From: Rhodobacterales bacterium 32-66-9
Lineage (GTDB): Bacteria; Pseudomonadota; Alphaproteobacteria; Rhodobacterales; Rhodobacteraceae
Assembly (NCBI GenBank): GCA_002280405.1
Contig: NCDY01000003.1
Span: 1 to 54,348, forward strand
Length of the DNA stretch: 54,348 nucleotides
Direction of reading: 5' to 3'
Shown here: piece by piece, positions 39,152 to 49,376 of the stretch
How the letters are laid out: every line of letters begins with the position of its first letter
How positions within the stretch are numbered: position 1 is the first letter of the stretch
Translations under genes and position numbers: made by a program
Notes under the pieces: model-generated
Database searches by the model: none
Told to the model about the DNA's origin: nothing
What the model saw: the letters and a program-made list of their open reading frames with translations, nothing else

Positions 39152-39689
39152 CCCGGGGCTTCAGGCCTGCAACCCAGGCATCGAGCGAATGGCCAAGCGC
39201 CGACCAGTCGGTGTATTCCTTGTCTTTGCCGGGCTCGACCGCCTCGCCCTTCTGATCGGCGATCCGCCGCATCGCCCAGGCGCGGAAGAAGTCGTATTCC
39301 GCAAAGCGGAAGGCCCCGGCCACATGCTCGACCCGGCCCGGGGTCCAGCCGGTCTCAAGCTCGAACGCGGCGAGGCACTTGCGAAGACCCGCCCAGTCGT
39401 CCGGGTCGTTGCCCGCCGCCGACAGCGACACGGCCAGGAACAGCGTCGGCAGGGTGGCAAGCTCGACCCTGGCCGCAGCGACGTAGCGTTCCAGGGCCTT
39501 CTGGTAGCCCCCCACATGCAGCGACCCTGCCAGAATTGCCGCGTCAAAGCGGCCAAGGTCGATGCCGCCTGCATCCTCGACATTCAGAAGTTCGACCGAT
39601 TGACCCTGGCCAGCCAGCCGGTCTGCCACAAAGCGGGCGATCTTGCGGGTCTGTCCGTCGGTCGTGGCATAGGTGATGAGAAAATACAT
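39138..39689 (-). CDS. Flavodoxin-domain protein, HemG (protoporphyrinogen oxidase)-like
   Basis: YATTDGQTRKIA, LAGSLHVG, AVSLSA, EYTDW. Confidence 0.8.
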   Translation of the reverse strand: MYFLITYATTDGQTRKIARFVADRLAGQGQSVELLNVEDAGGIDLGRFDAAILAGSLHVGGYQKALERYVAAARVELATLPTLFLAVSLSAAGNDPDDWAGLRKCLAAFELETGWTPGRVEHVAGAFRFAEYDFFRAWAMRRIADQKGEAVEPGKDKEYTDWSALGHSLDAWVAGLKPRVKAA

Positions 39690-39745
39690 GATGCCTCCCC
39701 CTGCGTGATGCGGGAGGAGTTTAAGCCAGCCAACGACCCCGTGCC

Positions 39746-39759
39746 CTGATCCTGATCAA
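39746..39759. promoter_or_regulatory. FNR/FnrL-type box upstream of the HemG-like gene
   Basis: Minus strand TTGAT-cagg-ATCAG (1 mismatch), ~57 nt upstream of the start. Confidence 0.6.
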
Positions 39760-39770
39760 GACCGGACGGA

Positions 39771-40589
39771 TCAGGCCCGGCGCAAGGCGGCCTTGGGGTT
39801 TTCACGCACTGCCCAGGCTGCGACGGCCTGCCCGAAGGCCTGGAACAGCGGACGCGACACCGGATCGTTGCCCGCGTTCCATTCCGGGTGCCACTGCACC
39901 GACAGGGTGAAGCCGGGCGCATCCTTGACATAGATCGCTTCCGGGGTGCCGTCCGGCGCATGGCCGTCGATCACGATGCCTGCGGCGGGCCGCGCGATGC
40001 CCTGTCCGTGCAGCGTGTTCGTCATCACCTCGCGCGCACCCATCAGGCGGTGGAAGACGCCGCCTTCGCTGAAGGTGACCGGGTGACGCAGGGCAAAACA
40101 TTCCTCAAGCGTGCCGTCCGGCGGCATCCGGTGATTCATCCGGCCCGGAAGCTCGCGGATTTCGGGGTAAAGCGTGCCGCCGAGGGCCACGTTCACTTCC
40201 TGGAACCCCCGGCAGATGCCAAGAAAGGGCTGGCCGCGATCCACACAGGCGCGGATCAGCGGCAGCGTGATCGCATCGCGGCCGCGGTCGAAGGCGCCAT
40301 GGGCCGGGGTTTCCTCTTCGCCGTATTCGCTTGGATGCACGTTCGGGCGACCACCGGTCAGAAGAAAGCCGTCACACAGCTCCAGAAGCTCGTCCACCGC
40401 GACATAGCGCGGGTCGGAGGGGATGATCAGCGGCAGGCAGCCCGCGACCTCGGCCACGGCGGCAGAGTTCATCGTTCCGGCGGAATGCGCCGGATAGCCG
40501 TTGTTGATCATGTAGCTGTTGCCGATGATCCCGACGACGGGCCTTTGCCCCTTGCGCTTCACCCCTGGCACCGCATCCTTGGTTTCCAT
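39771..40589 (-). CDS. Gamma-glutamyl-GABA hydrolase family (peptidase C26)
   Basis: LLTGG, LGICRGFQE, VQWHPE. Confidence 0.9.
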   Translation of the reverse strand: METKDAVPGVKRKGQRPVVGIIGNSYMINNGYPAHSAGTMNSAAVAEVAGCLPLIIPSDPRYVAVDELLELCDGFLLTGGRPNVHPSEYGEEETPAHGAFDRGRDAITLPLIRACVDRGQPFLGICRGFQEVNVALGGTLYPEIRELPGRMNHRMPPDGTLEECFALRHPVTFSEGGVFHRLMGAREVMTNTLHGQGIARPAAGIVIDGHAPDGTPEAIYVKDAPGFTLSVQWHPEWNAGNDPVSRPLFQAFGQAVAAWAVRENPKAALRRA

Positions 40590-40778
40590 CGCGGGGCAAC
40601 GATACGCCCTGGCCCGCCGCGCGGAAAGAGGCCCAATGCAGCCCAAGGTGCAAAGATCGGCTTCGGTCGTGCACAGGGGGCGAACAATCGCGCGCGCCGA
40701 CCCATATGGGTCGGCGCGCCGTGCGGGCGGGACGGCACCAGGGCGGCGTCCCGCAGGCAGGCAGGAACCGGCGGCGGC

Positions 40779-41981
40779 TCAGGCACCTCCTGCCACGACC
40801 CGTGCTGCCGCCTCGATCGCGCCCGGCCCATGCGGGATTTCCAGCGCCGTCAGGCCGGCCTCCATCACCGCCAGCGCGCCCAGCGTCATGTGGGCGTTGA
40901 CATGGCCCATATGCCCGAGCCGCAGAAAGCCGTGAAAGGCAGGGTCGGTCGACTGTGCCATGCCAAGGCCGATCCCAAGCGTGACCCCGGCCTTTGTCTC
41001 GCACCAGTCGCGCAGGCGCGTGGCATGCGGGGACCCAAGCCGCGCGGCCGTCACCGACCAGCCGCGATGAGCCGGGTCGGCCACGTTCATCGCGATGGCC
41101 GGATTGCCGGCACCCCAGGCGTCGAACGCCGCCCAGATCGCGCCCGCCAGCACCCGATGCCGCTGCCAGACCCGGGACAGGCCCTCCTCGCGGATCATGT
41201 CGATGGCCTCGCGCAGGCCGTAAAGATGGCTCGTCGGCGCCGTGCCATCCCAGTATTGCCAGAACTCGTCCGGCTCGACGCGCGGACCCCAGGCCCAGTA
41301 GGGGGTGGCCAGGTCCGTGCGGCCACAGCGCAGCCGAGCGGCTTCGGAAAACCAGACGAAGGCCAGGCCGGGGGGTGTCATCAGGCCCTTCTGGCAGGCC
41401 GCGACCATCACATCGACGCCCCAGTCATCCATCCGGAACTCGTCGCACCCGAGGGAGGCGATGCAATCGACCGCAAGAAGCGCGGGATGCCCGGCCGCAT
41501 CCATCGCCTGGCGCAGCACCGGGATGTCGGTCTTGATCGAGCTTGCGGTATCGACATGCGTCGTCAGCACGGCCTTGATCCGATGTCCCGCATCCGCCCG
41601 CAGGACCGCCTCGATGCGGTCGGGGTCCGCAGGTGACGACTTCCCGAAGTCCAGCACCTCGACCTCTATTCCCATCGCGCGGGCGCTGCCGGCCCAAGAC
41701 AGCCCGAATTGCCCCATGGCCAGCACCAGCGCCTTCTCGCCGCGCGAGAAGATGTTGGCGTTTGCCGCTTCCCAGGCCGCATGGCCATTGCCGATATACA
41801 TGGCGACATGGCCAAGGGTGCCGGCGAGCTGGCGCAGATCCGGCCAAAGCCCCGCGACCAATTCCAGGAGTGGGCCCCCGTAGATGTTGGGCGAACCCCG
41901 GTGCATGGCGCGCAAGACGCGGTCGGGGATCACCGAAGGTCCGGGGATGGCCAGATACGGGCGGCCTGCGGCAAGGCTCAT
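40779..41981 (-). CDS. Class V PLP aminotransferase (serine-glyoxylate/alanine-glyoxylate type)
   Basis: IPGPS, HVDTAS, VDCIASLG, ACQKGLMTPPG, RLGHMG. Confidence 0.9.
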   Translation of the reverse strand: MSLAAGRPYLAIPGPSVIPDRVLRAMHRGSPNIYGGPLLELVAGLWPDLRQLAGTLGHVAMYIGNGHAAWEAANANIFSRGEKALVLAMGQFGLSWAGSARAMGIEVEVLDFGKSSPADPDRIEAVLRADAGHRIKAVLTTHVDTASSIKTDIPVLRQAMDAAGHPALLAVDCIASLGCDEFRMDDWGVDVMVAACQKGLMTPPGLAFVWFSEAARLRCGRTDLATPYWAWGPRVEPDEFWQYWDGTAPTSHLYGLREAIDMIREEGLSRVWQRHRVLAGAIWAAFDAWGAGNPAIAMNVADPAHRGWSVTAARLGSPHATRLRDWCETKAGVTLGIGLGMAQSTDPAFHGFLRLGHMGHVNAHMTLGALAVMEAGLTALEIPHGPGAIEAAARVVAGGA

Positions 41982-42089
41982 GCGTGTCTCCTGCGTCGTC
42001 CTGCGATGGCTAGGCCGCAGCGCGGCGCGCGTCAACCGGCCCGGCTTGAGGCACGCGGGCTTTCCCGCTAAACCCCGGGTCTGATCCGC

Positions 42090-43684
42090 ATGAAAGCAGA
42101 CCGCCCCGTGGAACCCACCCGCGCCTATACCTCTCGCGAGCTGTTCGGCCGATTCTGGCGTGACTACCTTCGCCCCCACATTCCGCTTCTTGCGCTGGCC
42201 TTCGTCGTGATGCTGATCGAAGGCTCGACGCTGGGCATGCTGTCCTACATGCTCGAGCCTCTGTTCGATCAGGTCTTCCAGCCCGGCGGTTCGGGCGGGC
42301 TGATCTGGGTGGGCGGGGCGATCCTTGCCTTGTTCGTGGTCCGCGCCGCCACTTCGATCATCGGGCGCAGGCTCACATCGCAGGTCAATCTTCAATCTGC
42401 AGGCGACATGCAGACGACCTTGGTGCGGCATATGCTGACGCTTGACACCAGCTTCTTCCAGACCAACCCGCCCGGCAGCCTGATCGAACGCGTGCAAGGC
42501 GATACGCTTGCCTCCACCACCGCGACGATCATGGTCTTCAGCGGCGTTTCGCGCGATCTGGTCTCGCTGATCGGACTGTTTGTTGTTGCGCTGATGATCG
42601 ACCCGCTTTGGACCGCAGCCGCCCTGATCGGCGCGCCGCTGCTTCTGCTGCCGACCTTCTTCGTCCGCCGGTATCTTTACCGCAAGGTCATTCTCAGCCG
42701 GGAGCAGGCCGGACTTCGCGCCACGCGACTGGACGAGATCTTCCACGGCATCCAGGCGGTGAAGCTGAACCGGATGGAAACCTACCAGAGCCACCGCTTC
42801 CAGCGCATCATCGAAACCATCGTGCGGGCAGAGGTGAAGGCCGCAACGGCACGCGCCGCAATGCCGGCCCTTGTCGATGTGATCACCGGCATCGGTTTCT
42901 TCGCCGTCCTGATGCTGGGCGGAAGCGAAGTGGCCGAAGGCAAGCGCACTGTCGGTGAATTCATGTCGTTCTTCACCGCGATGGCCCTGACCTTCCAGCC
43001 GATCCGGCGGCTGAGCGATCTTGCCGGACTTTGGCAAGTCGGGCGCGGCAGCCTGGTCCGCATCTTCAGCATCTTCGACACGGAAAGCAAAAGCACCCGC
43101 CCGGCCCAGAGCCGCTCCAAGCCCGCCCCCGGCGCGCCAGAGATCCGCTTTGAAGCGGTTACCTTCGGCTATCCCGACCGCCCGGTGCTGAACGGGCTGA
43201 CCTTTACCGCCGAAGCCGGCAAGGTCACGGCCCTGGTCGGCAGGTCCGGGGCGGGCAAGTCCACCGTCTTCCAGCTGATCGCGGCCCTGGTCGAACCGCA
43301 GTCGGGCCGCATCCTGATCGGGGGCGTCGATGTCCGGGACCTCAGCCTGTCCGACCAGCGCATCCTGCTTGCCACGGTCTTGCAGGACTCGGCGCTTTTC
43401 GACGAGACGCTGCACGAGAACCTGATCCTGGGACGAACCGGCCTTGAGCCCGCCCGGATCGAAAAGGCGCTTGCCGATGCCGAGGTCGCCAGCTTTGTCG
43501 CCGCCTTGCCGCTTGGTCTCGAGACGCCCGCCGGGACCCGCGGCTCTGCCCTTTCGGGCGGCCAGCGCCAGCGGATCGCGATTGCCAGGGCGCTGCTGGC
43601 GGATGCGCCGGTCCTGCTGCTGGACGAGGCGACCTCGGCGCTTGTCTCTATGCCCAGTTGCACGAGGCACAACTGCGTGACTGA
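42090..43684 (+). pseudogene. MsbA-like ABC exporter (TMD+NBD) with an internal deletion after Walker B
   Basis: GRSGAGKS, LSGGQRQR, LLLDEATSAL, then a frame change; native-looking end LYAQLHEAQLRD* (stop 43682-43684) lies in another frame. Confidence 0.8.
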
Positions 43685-43723
43685 CCCTTTCGCGCCGAGC
43701 TTGGCCGGTTTAGCCTCGGTCGC

Positions 43724-44491
43724 ATGATACATGGCGAAACAGCCCGTGACCGCACCGTGCTGGGCCTGACCGGCAAGGATGCGCTGTCGTTCCTGCAAGG
43801 CCTGGTGACAAACGATGTCAGACCGCTGGACCAGGGTCCCGGCATGGTGTGGACCGCCCTGCTGACCCCGCAAGGCAGATATCTGGCCGATTTCTTTGTC
43901 GTCAGGACTGCAGACGACGGGCTACTGATCGACATTTCGACGCTGCTTTGTGCAGACACGCAGCGACGGCTGAACCAGTACCGGCTGCGCGCCGATGTGC
44001 AGATCGCGCCGGTCGCCCGGCATGTCCTGCGCGGTCTCGAAGCGCCCCCGGCAGGCGCGCTGCCCGACCCGCGCCATCCGGCGCTTGGCTGGCGCGTCTG
44101 GTCCGAGACCCCGGGCGGCACCCCTGCGATCGACTGGGACCGGATCCGGGTGGAAAACCTGATCCCGGAAAGCGGCGTCGAATTGATCCCCGACGACAGC
44201 TTCATTCTGGAACATGGCTTTGAACGGCTTCACGGCGTCGACTTCCGCAAGGGCTGCTACGTCGGCCAGGAGGTTACGGCACGGATGAAGCACAAGACCG
44301 AGTTGCGCAAGGGTCTGGTCCGTGTCGTGGTGGACGGTGCCGCCCCGGTCGGCACCGGGATCACCACAGAAGACGGCAAGCCCGCCGGCAACCTGTTCAC
44401 CCAGAGCGGCGGATTCGGCATCGCCTATCTGCGGCATGACCGGGCGGATGGCATTTTGACGGCAGGCACGGCGCGACTTCGCGTCGTCTGA
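43724..44491 (+). CDS. ygfZ: Folate-binding protein YgfZ/Iba57
   Basis: FLQGLVTND, LTPQGR, KGCYVGQEVTAR. Confidence 0.92.
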   Translation: MIHGETARDRTVLGLTGKDALSFLQGLVTNDVRPLDQGPGMVWTALLTPQGRYLADFFVVRTADDGLLIDISTLLCADTQRRLNQYRLRADVQIAPVARHVLRGLEAPPAGALPDPRHPALGWRVWSETPGGTPAIDWDRIRVENLIPESGVELIPDDSFILEHGFERLHGVDFRKGCYVGQEVTARMKHKTELRKGLVRVVVDGAAPVGTGITTEDGKPAGNLFTQSGGFGIAYLRHDRADGILTAGTARLRVV

Positions 44492-44726
44492 CAAACCCTG
44501 CGCGCGCTTTGGCAAGAAAATCCTTACCAAAGGTTGAAATATTGGATGCTGACTCTAAATCTCGTGATAGTGAAGGGCCGGACCAGACTAGATGCTGATC
44601 CAGATCACACAAGCCATGCATTTCCTGCATGGCAGTCATTCCAAACCGGTAACCCCCGAATCGTGACCAAACCGTTACAACCCACGGACGCCGCGAAAGA
44701 CAAGAGCAAGAATAAAGGAAACCACG

Positions 44727-45053
44727 ATGCGTGACACCATCGACAGCACCGCCTTCAACTTCGAGCAGGGCCAGCGTGCACGCAAGCTTTTTGCCGCCGT
44801 GGTTCTGGCGGCGCTGGATGATGCGATTGCCGATGACAAGAAATATGGCAACGGCCCCGACCAGATTGCCCGCTGGGCACGGTCGCGTGATGGGCGCGAA
44901 GTGTTGTCATGCGCCGGTATCGACCCGAACGAGCGGGTGGTGAAGGGTTTGATGGACTTTGTCGGCAAGGGTGTGCGGACCTCGGTCGCGCTGTCGCGCG
45001 AAGAATCCGAACGCCGTCATGCGCTGGAACTGGAACAGGCCGAAGCCGCCTGA
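44727..45053 (+). CDS. Hypothetical protein (DUF6280-like)
   Basis: RARKLFAAVVLAALDDAI...SRDGREVLSCAGIDP; AAGGA RBS. Confidence 0.75.
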   Translation: MRDTIDSTAFNFEQGQRARKLFAAVVLAALDDAIADDKKYGNGPDQIARWARSRDGREVLSCAGIDPNERVVKGLMDFVGKGVRTSVALSREESERRHALELEQAEAA

Positions 45054-45071
45054 TCCCGAGGATCAAGGCAG

Positions 45072-45108
45072 AAAAGATGCGCGCCCTACCGGGGCGCGTT
45101 TTTGTTTT
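45072..45108. terminator. Intrinsic terminator between convergent genes
   Basis: Imperfect gcgcgccc-tacc-ggggcgcgt hairpin followed by a T-run. Confidence 0.6.
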
Positions 45109-45116
45109 CGGGACGA

Positions 45117-46091
45117 TCAGTCCAGGTCGCGGGCCATGAGCGCACGGTTGATCTCGGCCCGCACCAGCTTGCGAACATTGCGGGTGATCCGCTCACCCAG
45201 CTCGCCCTGCAATTCGGACCGCAGCGTCTGGCGAACGATCTCTTGCAAGGCGGCTTCGTCCAGCACGGCGAGCGGCGTGCCGTCCTCATCCAGGTATTCC
45301 GGCGCACTGGGCAGCGCCGCGGTCCCGGACACCGCCACTTTCTCTGCGGGCGCATCCGCCTCGGACAAGGAACCGGCACGGCGCCGCAGCGGAATGAAGG
45401 TAATCGGTTCGTCCTCGACCCACGCGCTGCCATCGCGTTCCCGGGCAGCGGGCACAGCGTCGTCCCCCGTGACCCCGGGCGCCGTGACCCCGGGCGCCGT
45501 GACCTCGGGCGCCGTGACCCCGGGCGCCGTTTCCCCGGGATGGTCCGGTCCCGGTGCCGACGGCAAAAGCTCGGCCTCATCGGCGGCAAGGGCGGCTTCA
45601 CCCAACGAGACCGACCCGGGCTCGGCCCAGATTTCGTCTTCCCATTCCGCATCGGCCGCAACCGACGCGTCCAGTGAACCCGCATCCCCGACGCCGCCGG
45701 AGAGATCACTCACGCCGGCGTCCGGTTCGGGTGCGAAGACCGGGGCCTGGGCCGGTGGGGCCTCCTGCGCGGCGGCAGGCGCTGCAGGCGCGTCGGTTTC
45801 GGGCAAGCCCTGCGGCGGCACCGCCGCCTGCACCTGCATGGCACCTTCGGCCTCTGCCCCGGCCTCGGCAACGGCTTCCTCGGCTGCTTCCACCACTGGG
45901 GCATCGAGAACGAGCGGGGCCAGCGGGCTGGTTTCGGCCACCACCCGCAGAGCCGGGGTCAGCAACAGCCGTTCGGCGTTCAGATCGCGGCTCAGCGTCC
46001 GGGGCCGCTGTTCGTTCGACACAAGCCTGCGCACCGAGGAAACAACGTCCTCGATCTCTTCCGAGCTCAGGGGTCCAACCATCGGGAACAT
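45117..46091 (-). CDS. PopZ-like protein (N-terminal helix, acidic Pro/Ala disordered linker, C-terminal helices)
   Basis: SEEIEDVVSSVRRLVS at the N-terminus; EIVRQTLRSELQGELGERITRNVRKLVRAEINRAL at the C-terminus; downstream of pcm-tolC. Confidence 0.6.
   Translation of the reverse strand: MFPMVGPLSSEEIEDVVSSVRRLVSNEQRPRTLSRDLNAERLLLTPALRVVAETSPLAPLVLDAPVVEAAEEAVAEAGAEAEGAMQVQAAVPPQGLPETDAPAAPAAAQEAPPAQAPVFAPEPDAGVSDLSGGVGDAGSLDASVAADAEWEDEIWAEPGSVSLGEAALAADEAELLPSAPGPDHPGETAPGVTAPEVTAPGVTAPGVTGDDAVPAARERDGSAWVEDEPITFIPLRRRAGSLSEADAPAEKVAVSGTAALPSAPEYLDEDGTPLAVLDEAALQEIVRQTLRSELQGELGERITRNVRKLVRAEINRALMARDLD
45467..45540. repeat. 15-bp coding tandem repeat, 4 copies plus 1 degenerate (TAPGV)
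   Basis: ccgtgaccccgggcg units. Confidence 0.9.
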
Positions 46092-46180
46092 CCGGTCGCT
46101 TGCGCGTAGTCTTGCCTCAACTTAGCGCCACAAGCCCCAGAATAGCAACAGAAATCGGGAATTGTCGACTTGGCGGGGGG

Positions 46181-47557
46181 TCAGTTCCCGATCTTTTCCA
46201 GAATCCGGTCCAGCTTCTTGCCCTGGGCGCTGTGCGACGGAGCCTTCTCGACCGCCCCGTAATACGCCTCCGGGTCGTAGGTCGGGATGCCGAGTTGCAG
46301 GTGTTCGACCGTCAAAAGGCCCATCGTCGCCAGCACCTGATAGACGGCGACATAGCGTTGGGCTTCGGCCTCCAGCCGGGCGTTGCGGGCATCCAGAAGC
46401 TCTTGTTCCGCGTTGAGCACATCCAGCGTCGTCCGGGTTCCGGCGGCGGCTTCTTCGCGCACGCCGTCAAAGGCGGCCTGCGCTGCGCGGATCTGGAGAT
46501 CGGACGCTTTGGTCGAGGCTGTGGCCACCTCGAGGTTCGCCCAGGCAACGCCCACGTTCTGCACCAGACCGACGGCAACCTGCTGCAACCCGGCCCGTGC
46601 CGCGTCCTTGCCGGCAAGCGCCTGCCGTTGCAAGGCCGACAACCGTCCCCCGGCATAAAGCGTCTGGTTCAGCGTCAGCCCGAAGGACTGCGTTTGCTGG
46701 TTGTCATCATCGGTCCGCAGTGCGACCCCTGCCCCAAGCGTCGGCTTGCGGCTTGCGTTCGCCAGTTCGACCTGCAGGTCCGCAATCGTCACCTGGAATT
46801 GCGCCTGGCGGATCTGCGGATGCGTGGACCGGGCGACACCCTGCGCCTCCTCCATCGTGCGCGGCAGGGCCGGCGCCTTGGGCAAGGCGGCAAGCTGCTG
46901 CGGATAGGCCCCGGTGGCGGCCTTGTAGGCCTCGCGCGCGATCATCAGCTGCCCCTCCGCCGAGGCCAGCGCCGCCCGGGAGGCCGCAAGCCGCGCCTCG
47001 GCGATCGACACGTCGGTGCGGGTGATCTCGCCCACGTCGAACCGGTCCTGCGCCGCACGCAGTTCCTGCGAGATCAGCCGCAGGTTCGATTGCCGCAGGG
47101 CCACGACTTCCTGCGCCAGCCGGACATCGACATAGGCGCGGACCGCCGAGAGCAGCACGTTCTGCTCGACATCGATCAGGGCCTGCCGCGTCGCCAGCAC
47201 GCTTTGCCGGGCGATCTCGATGCCGATCCGACGCCGGCCGAAGTCGAGAAGCGTCAGTTCCGCGCTGAGCGTCAGCGAAGCGGACAGCTCTTCGGCAACG
47301 CCAGGCCCCAAAAGCGTCGTGATGTCGGCGCGCTGCCACTGACCTTGCAGGGTGTAGGACACGACCGGACGCAGGCTTGACACCGCAACCGCCACATCCT
47401 CGTCCGCCGCGCGCAGCACGGCGCGGTTCTGGTCCAGAAGGTTGGAGTTCTTGTAAGCGGCAATCAGCGCATCGGCCAGGGTTTCTGCCCTGCTTGCGGG
47501 TGTGGTCACCAGGCCCGCAAGAACCACGACTGCCGACAGAAGCCATCCACGCATCAT
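46181..47557 (-). CDS. tolC: TolC family outer membrane protein
   Basis: Signal peptide, ETLADAL, RFDVGEITRTDV, GTRTTLDVLNAEQEL. Confidence 0.92.
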   Translation of the reverse strand: MMRGWLLSAVVVLAGLVTTPASRAETLADALIAAYKNSNLLDQNRAVLRAADEDVAVAVSSLRPVVSYTLQGQWQRADITTLLGPGVAEELSASLTLSAELTLLDFGRRRIGIEIARQSVLATRQALIDVEQNVLLSAVRAYVDVRLAQEVVALRQSNLRLISQELRAAQDRFDVGEITRTDVSIAEARLAASRAALASAEGQLMIAREAYKAATGAYPQQLAALPKAPALPRTMEEAQGVARSTHPQIRQAQFQVTIADLQVELANASRKPTLGAGVALRTDDDNQQTQSFGLTLNQTLYAGGRLSALQRQALAGKDAARAGLQQVAVGLVQNVGVAWANLEVATASTKASDLQIRAAQAAFDGVREEAAAGTRTTLDVLNAEQELLDARNARLEAEAQRYVAVYQVLATMGLLTVEHLQLGIPTYDPEAYYGAVEKAPSHSAQGKKLDRILEKIGN

Positions 47558-47655
47558 CTTCGCCTTATCAGGGCCCGCAGACATGCTGCAGGCGTTGTTC
47601 CAGGGTCCGGGCAGGACGGGCACGCCGCCCGAAGCCGAACCGGGCCCGGCGGGCC

Positions 47656-48309
47656 CTACAGCGTGAAGCCACGCGGAGCGCGAAAACCGGCAAGCACCGG
47701 GGCCGACGCATTGAACACCGACCGCCAGGAGACTCCTCCCTCGGCCTTGTAGCCGACGCGCGCAGTCCCGACCGCGCCGTCCATGAAGACCGCACCGATC
47801 CGACCGCCGTCCTTCAACTGCGCCAGGATCGCCTCCGGGACCTGTTCCACCCCACCTTCGATGGTGATCACGTCATAGGGCGCGCATTTGACCACGCCAC
47901 CGGACAGCTTGCCCGTCACGACGACCGCATTGTCCACGCCCGCTTCCGACAGCAGCCGCTGCGCCTCGGCGGCAAGCGTTTCGTCCTCCTCGACCGCCAC
48001 CACCGTTTCGGCCAGCCGCGCGATCACCGCGGCAGAGTAGCCAAGGCCGCAGCCGACATCCAGGACGAGTTCCGTCGGCTGCACGTCAAGCGCATCGAGA
48101 AGCTTGGCCATGGTGCGCGCCTCCAGAACCACGCGACCGGGGGCGAGCGGCAGGTTTTCACCGACATAGGCCGCCTCACGCTTGTCGTCGGGGACGAAGG
48201 TTTCGCGCGGGACGGTCAGCATCGCCTCGATGATCGGGAACTTCGTCACGTCCGAAGGCCGGACCTGCGTATCCACCATCATGACGCGTCGGGTGGCGAA
48301 TTCGCTCAT
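47656..48309 (-). CDS. pcm: Protein-L-isoaspartate O-methyltransferase family
   Basis: [31 protein letters not shown]. Confidence 0.88.
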   Translation of the reverse strand: MSEFATRRVMMVDTQVRPSDVTKFPIIEAMLTVPRETFVPDDKREAAYVGENLPLAPGRVVLEARTMAKLLDALDVQPTELVLDVGCGLGYSAAVIARLAETVVAVEEDETLAAEAQRLLSEAGVDNAVVVTGKLSGGVVKCAPYDVITIEGGVEQVPEAILAQLKDGGRIGAVFMDGAVGTARVGYKAEGGVSWRSVFNASAPVLAGFRAPRGFTL

Positions 48310-48437
48310 TCTGAACTCATCGGTCTCATTGGACTGCCGTCGAGTCTTGCCACAACTGCCGGGATGCCGCAACCGGGCTTCAGAGCATTTTCATATGTTT
48401 GACTGCGGCACGGTCGCTGTGTCTGCCGGCCGGCAGG

Positions 48438-49376
48438 TCAGCCCTCGATCCCGGCTGCGGGTGCCCAGGTGACCGCCCGCTCGCCCAGTTGCCGGAACCG
48501 GTCACAAAATTGCGTCAGCCGTCCGCGCCATTCCGGCAAGGGATCCTGCCCGGCCGTGATCCGCACGAAAGCCTGCATCAGGCAGGCGAAGGCAAAAGGC
48601 TCGATCAGCGCGGCCCGGAACGCCCATGCGCCAAGGCCGGCAAGCACCAGACCGCCGGTTGGCCCGCCCCCGGGCCACCCTGCGACGAGGCCGGAAAACG
48701 GCGCGAGGAAAAGCAGGAACGCACCACCGGTCACCAGCCAGCCGACCAGCGTGATCCAGCCTGCCGCCGTCAGGACGTGGCGCGCGTTCTGGGTGTAAAG
48801 GACCAGGGCGTCATGCGCCGCCTCCCAGGCGTTCTCGGGCCGGGCGCGGTAGGCCTGTGCCAGGATCACCCGCTGGATCTGCCCCCCCGAAGCGATGCGT
48901 CCGATGCCCGGCAAGGTGAGCACCGGACCCAGACCTTCGGCCACCCTCGTGACCAGCCCCGACACCCCCCGGATCAGCCGGTCGAGGCTGTGAAGCTCCG
49001 CCCGACTGCCGAAGCGCGCCGCCACCGCCGCCCGGGCCTCGGCGATCTGACCGGGGCCATAGGGCACGCGCTTGCCGTCCATCCCGTCGACCAAAAGCGC
49101 GATGCTGCGCACCTGGACCGCGTGCAAAAGCCAGTCGCGCCGGAAAGCGACAAGGCTCGCCCCAAGCGCCAGGCCGCCCAGACCGCCCAAGAGTGCAAAT
49201 GTCTCAGGGTTCGTCGCACCCCTGCCCAGTCCCATCCGGTAGCCGACCCATGCCCCGGCGAAGCCTGCAACGGCCAGTCCGAGGGCAATCCCGGAAAAAA
49301 CCAGCAGCCGGACAGCAAGCTGCGGCAAGGTTCGAAGCACCAGAACCAGAGCTTTGAAAATAGTGACCGTCCACAT
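48438..49376 (-). CDS. Hypothetical integral membrane protein
   Basis: Several hydrophobic segments; AFRAALIEPF...PEWRGRL. Confidence 0.7.
   Translation of the reverse strand: MWTVTIFKALVLVLRTLPQLAVRLLVFSGIALGLAVAGFAGAWVGYRMGLGRGATNPETFALLGGLGGLALGASLVAFRRDWLLHAVQVRSIALLVDGMDGKRVPYGPGQIAEARAAVAARFGSRAELHSLDRLIRGVSGLVTRVAEGLGPVLTLPGIGRIASGGQIQRVILAQAYRARPENAWEAAHDALVLYTQNARHVLTAAGWITLVGWLVTGGAFLLFLAPFSGLVAGWPGGGPTGGLVLAGLGAWAFRAALIEPFAFACLMQAFVRITAGQDPLPEWRGRLTQFCDRFRQLGERAVTWAPAAGIEG

Noticed and set aside
44506-44536. ctttggcaagaaaatccttaccaaag as a third copy of the double-palindrome repeat
   Set aside because: Lacks the TTCGAA centre and perfect symmetry; at most a weak terminator hairpin.
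45467-45540. Tandem repeat or palindromes as a CRISPR array
   Set aside because: No unique spacers and no cas genes; this repeat is in-frame coding sequence.
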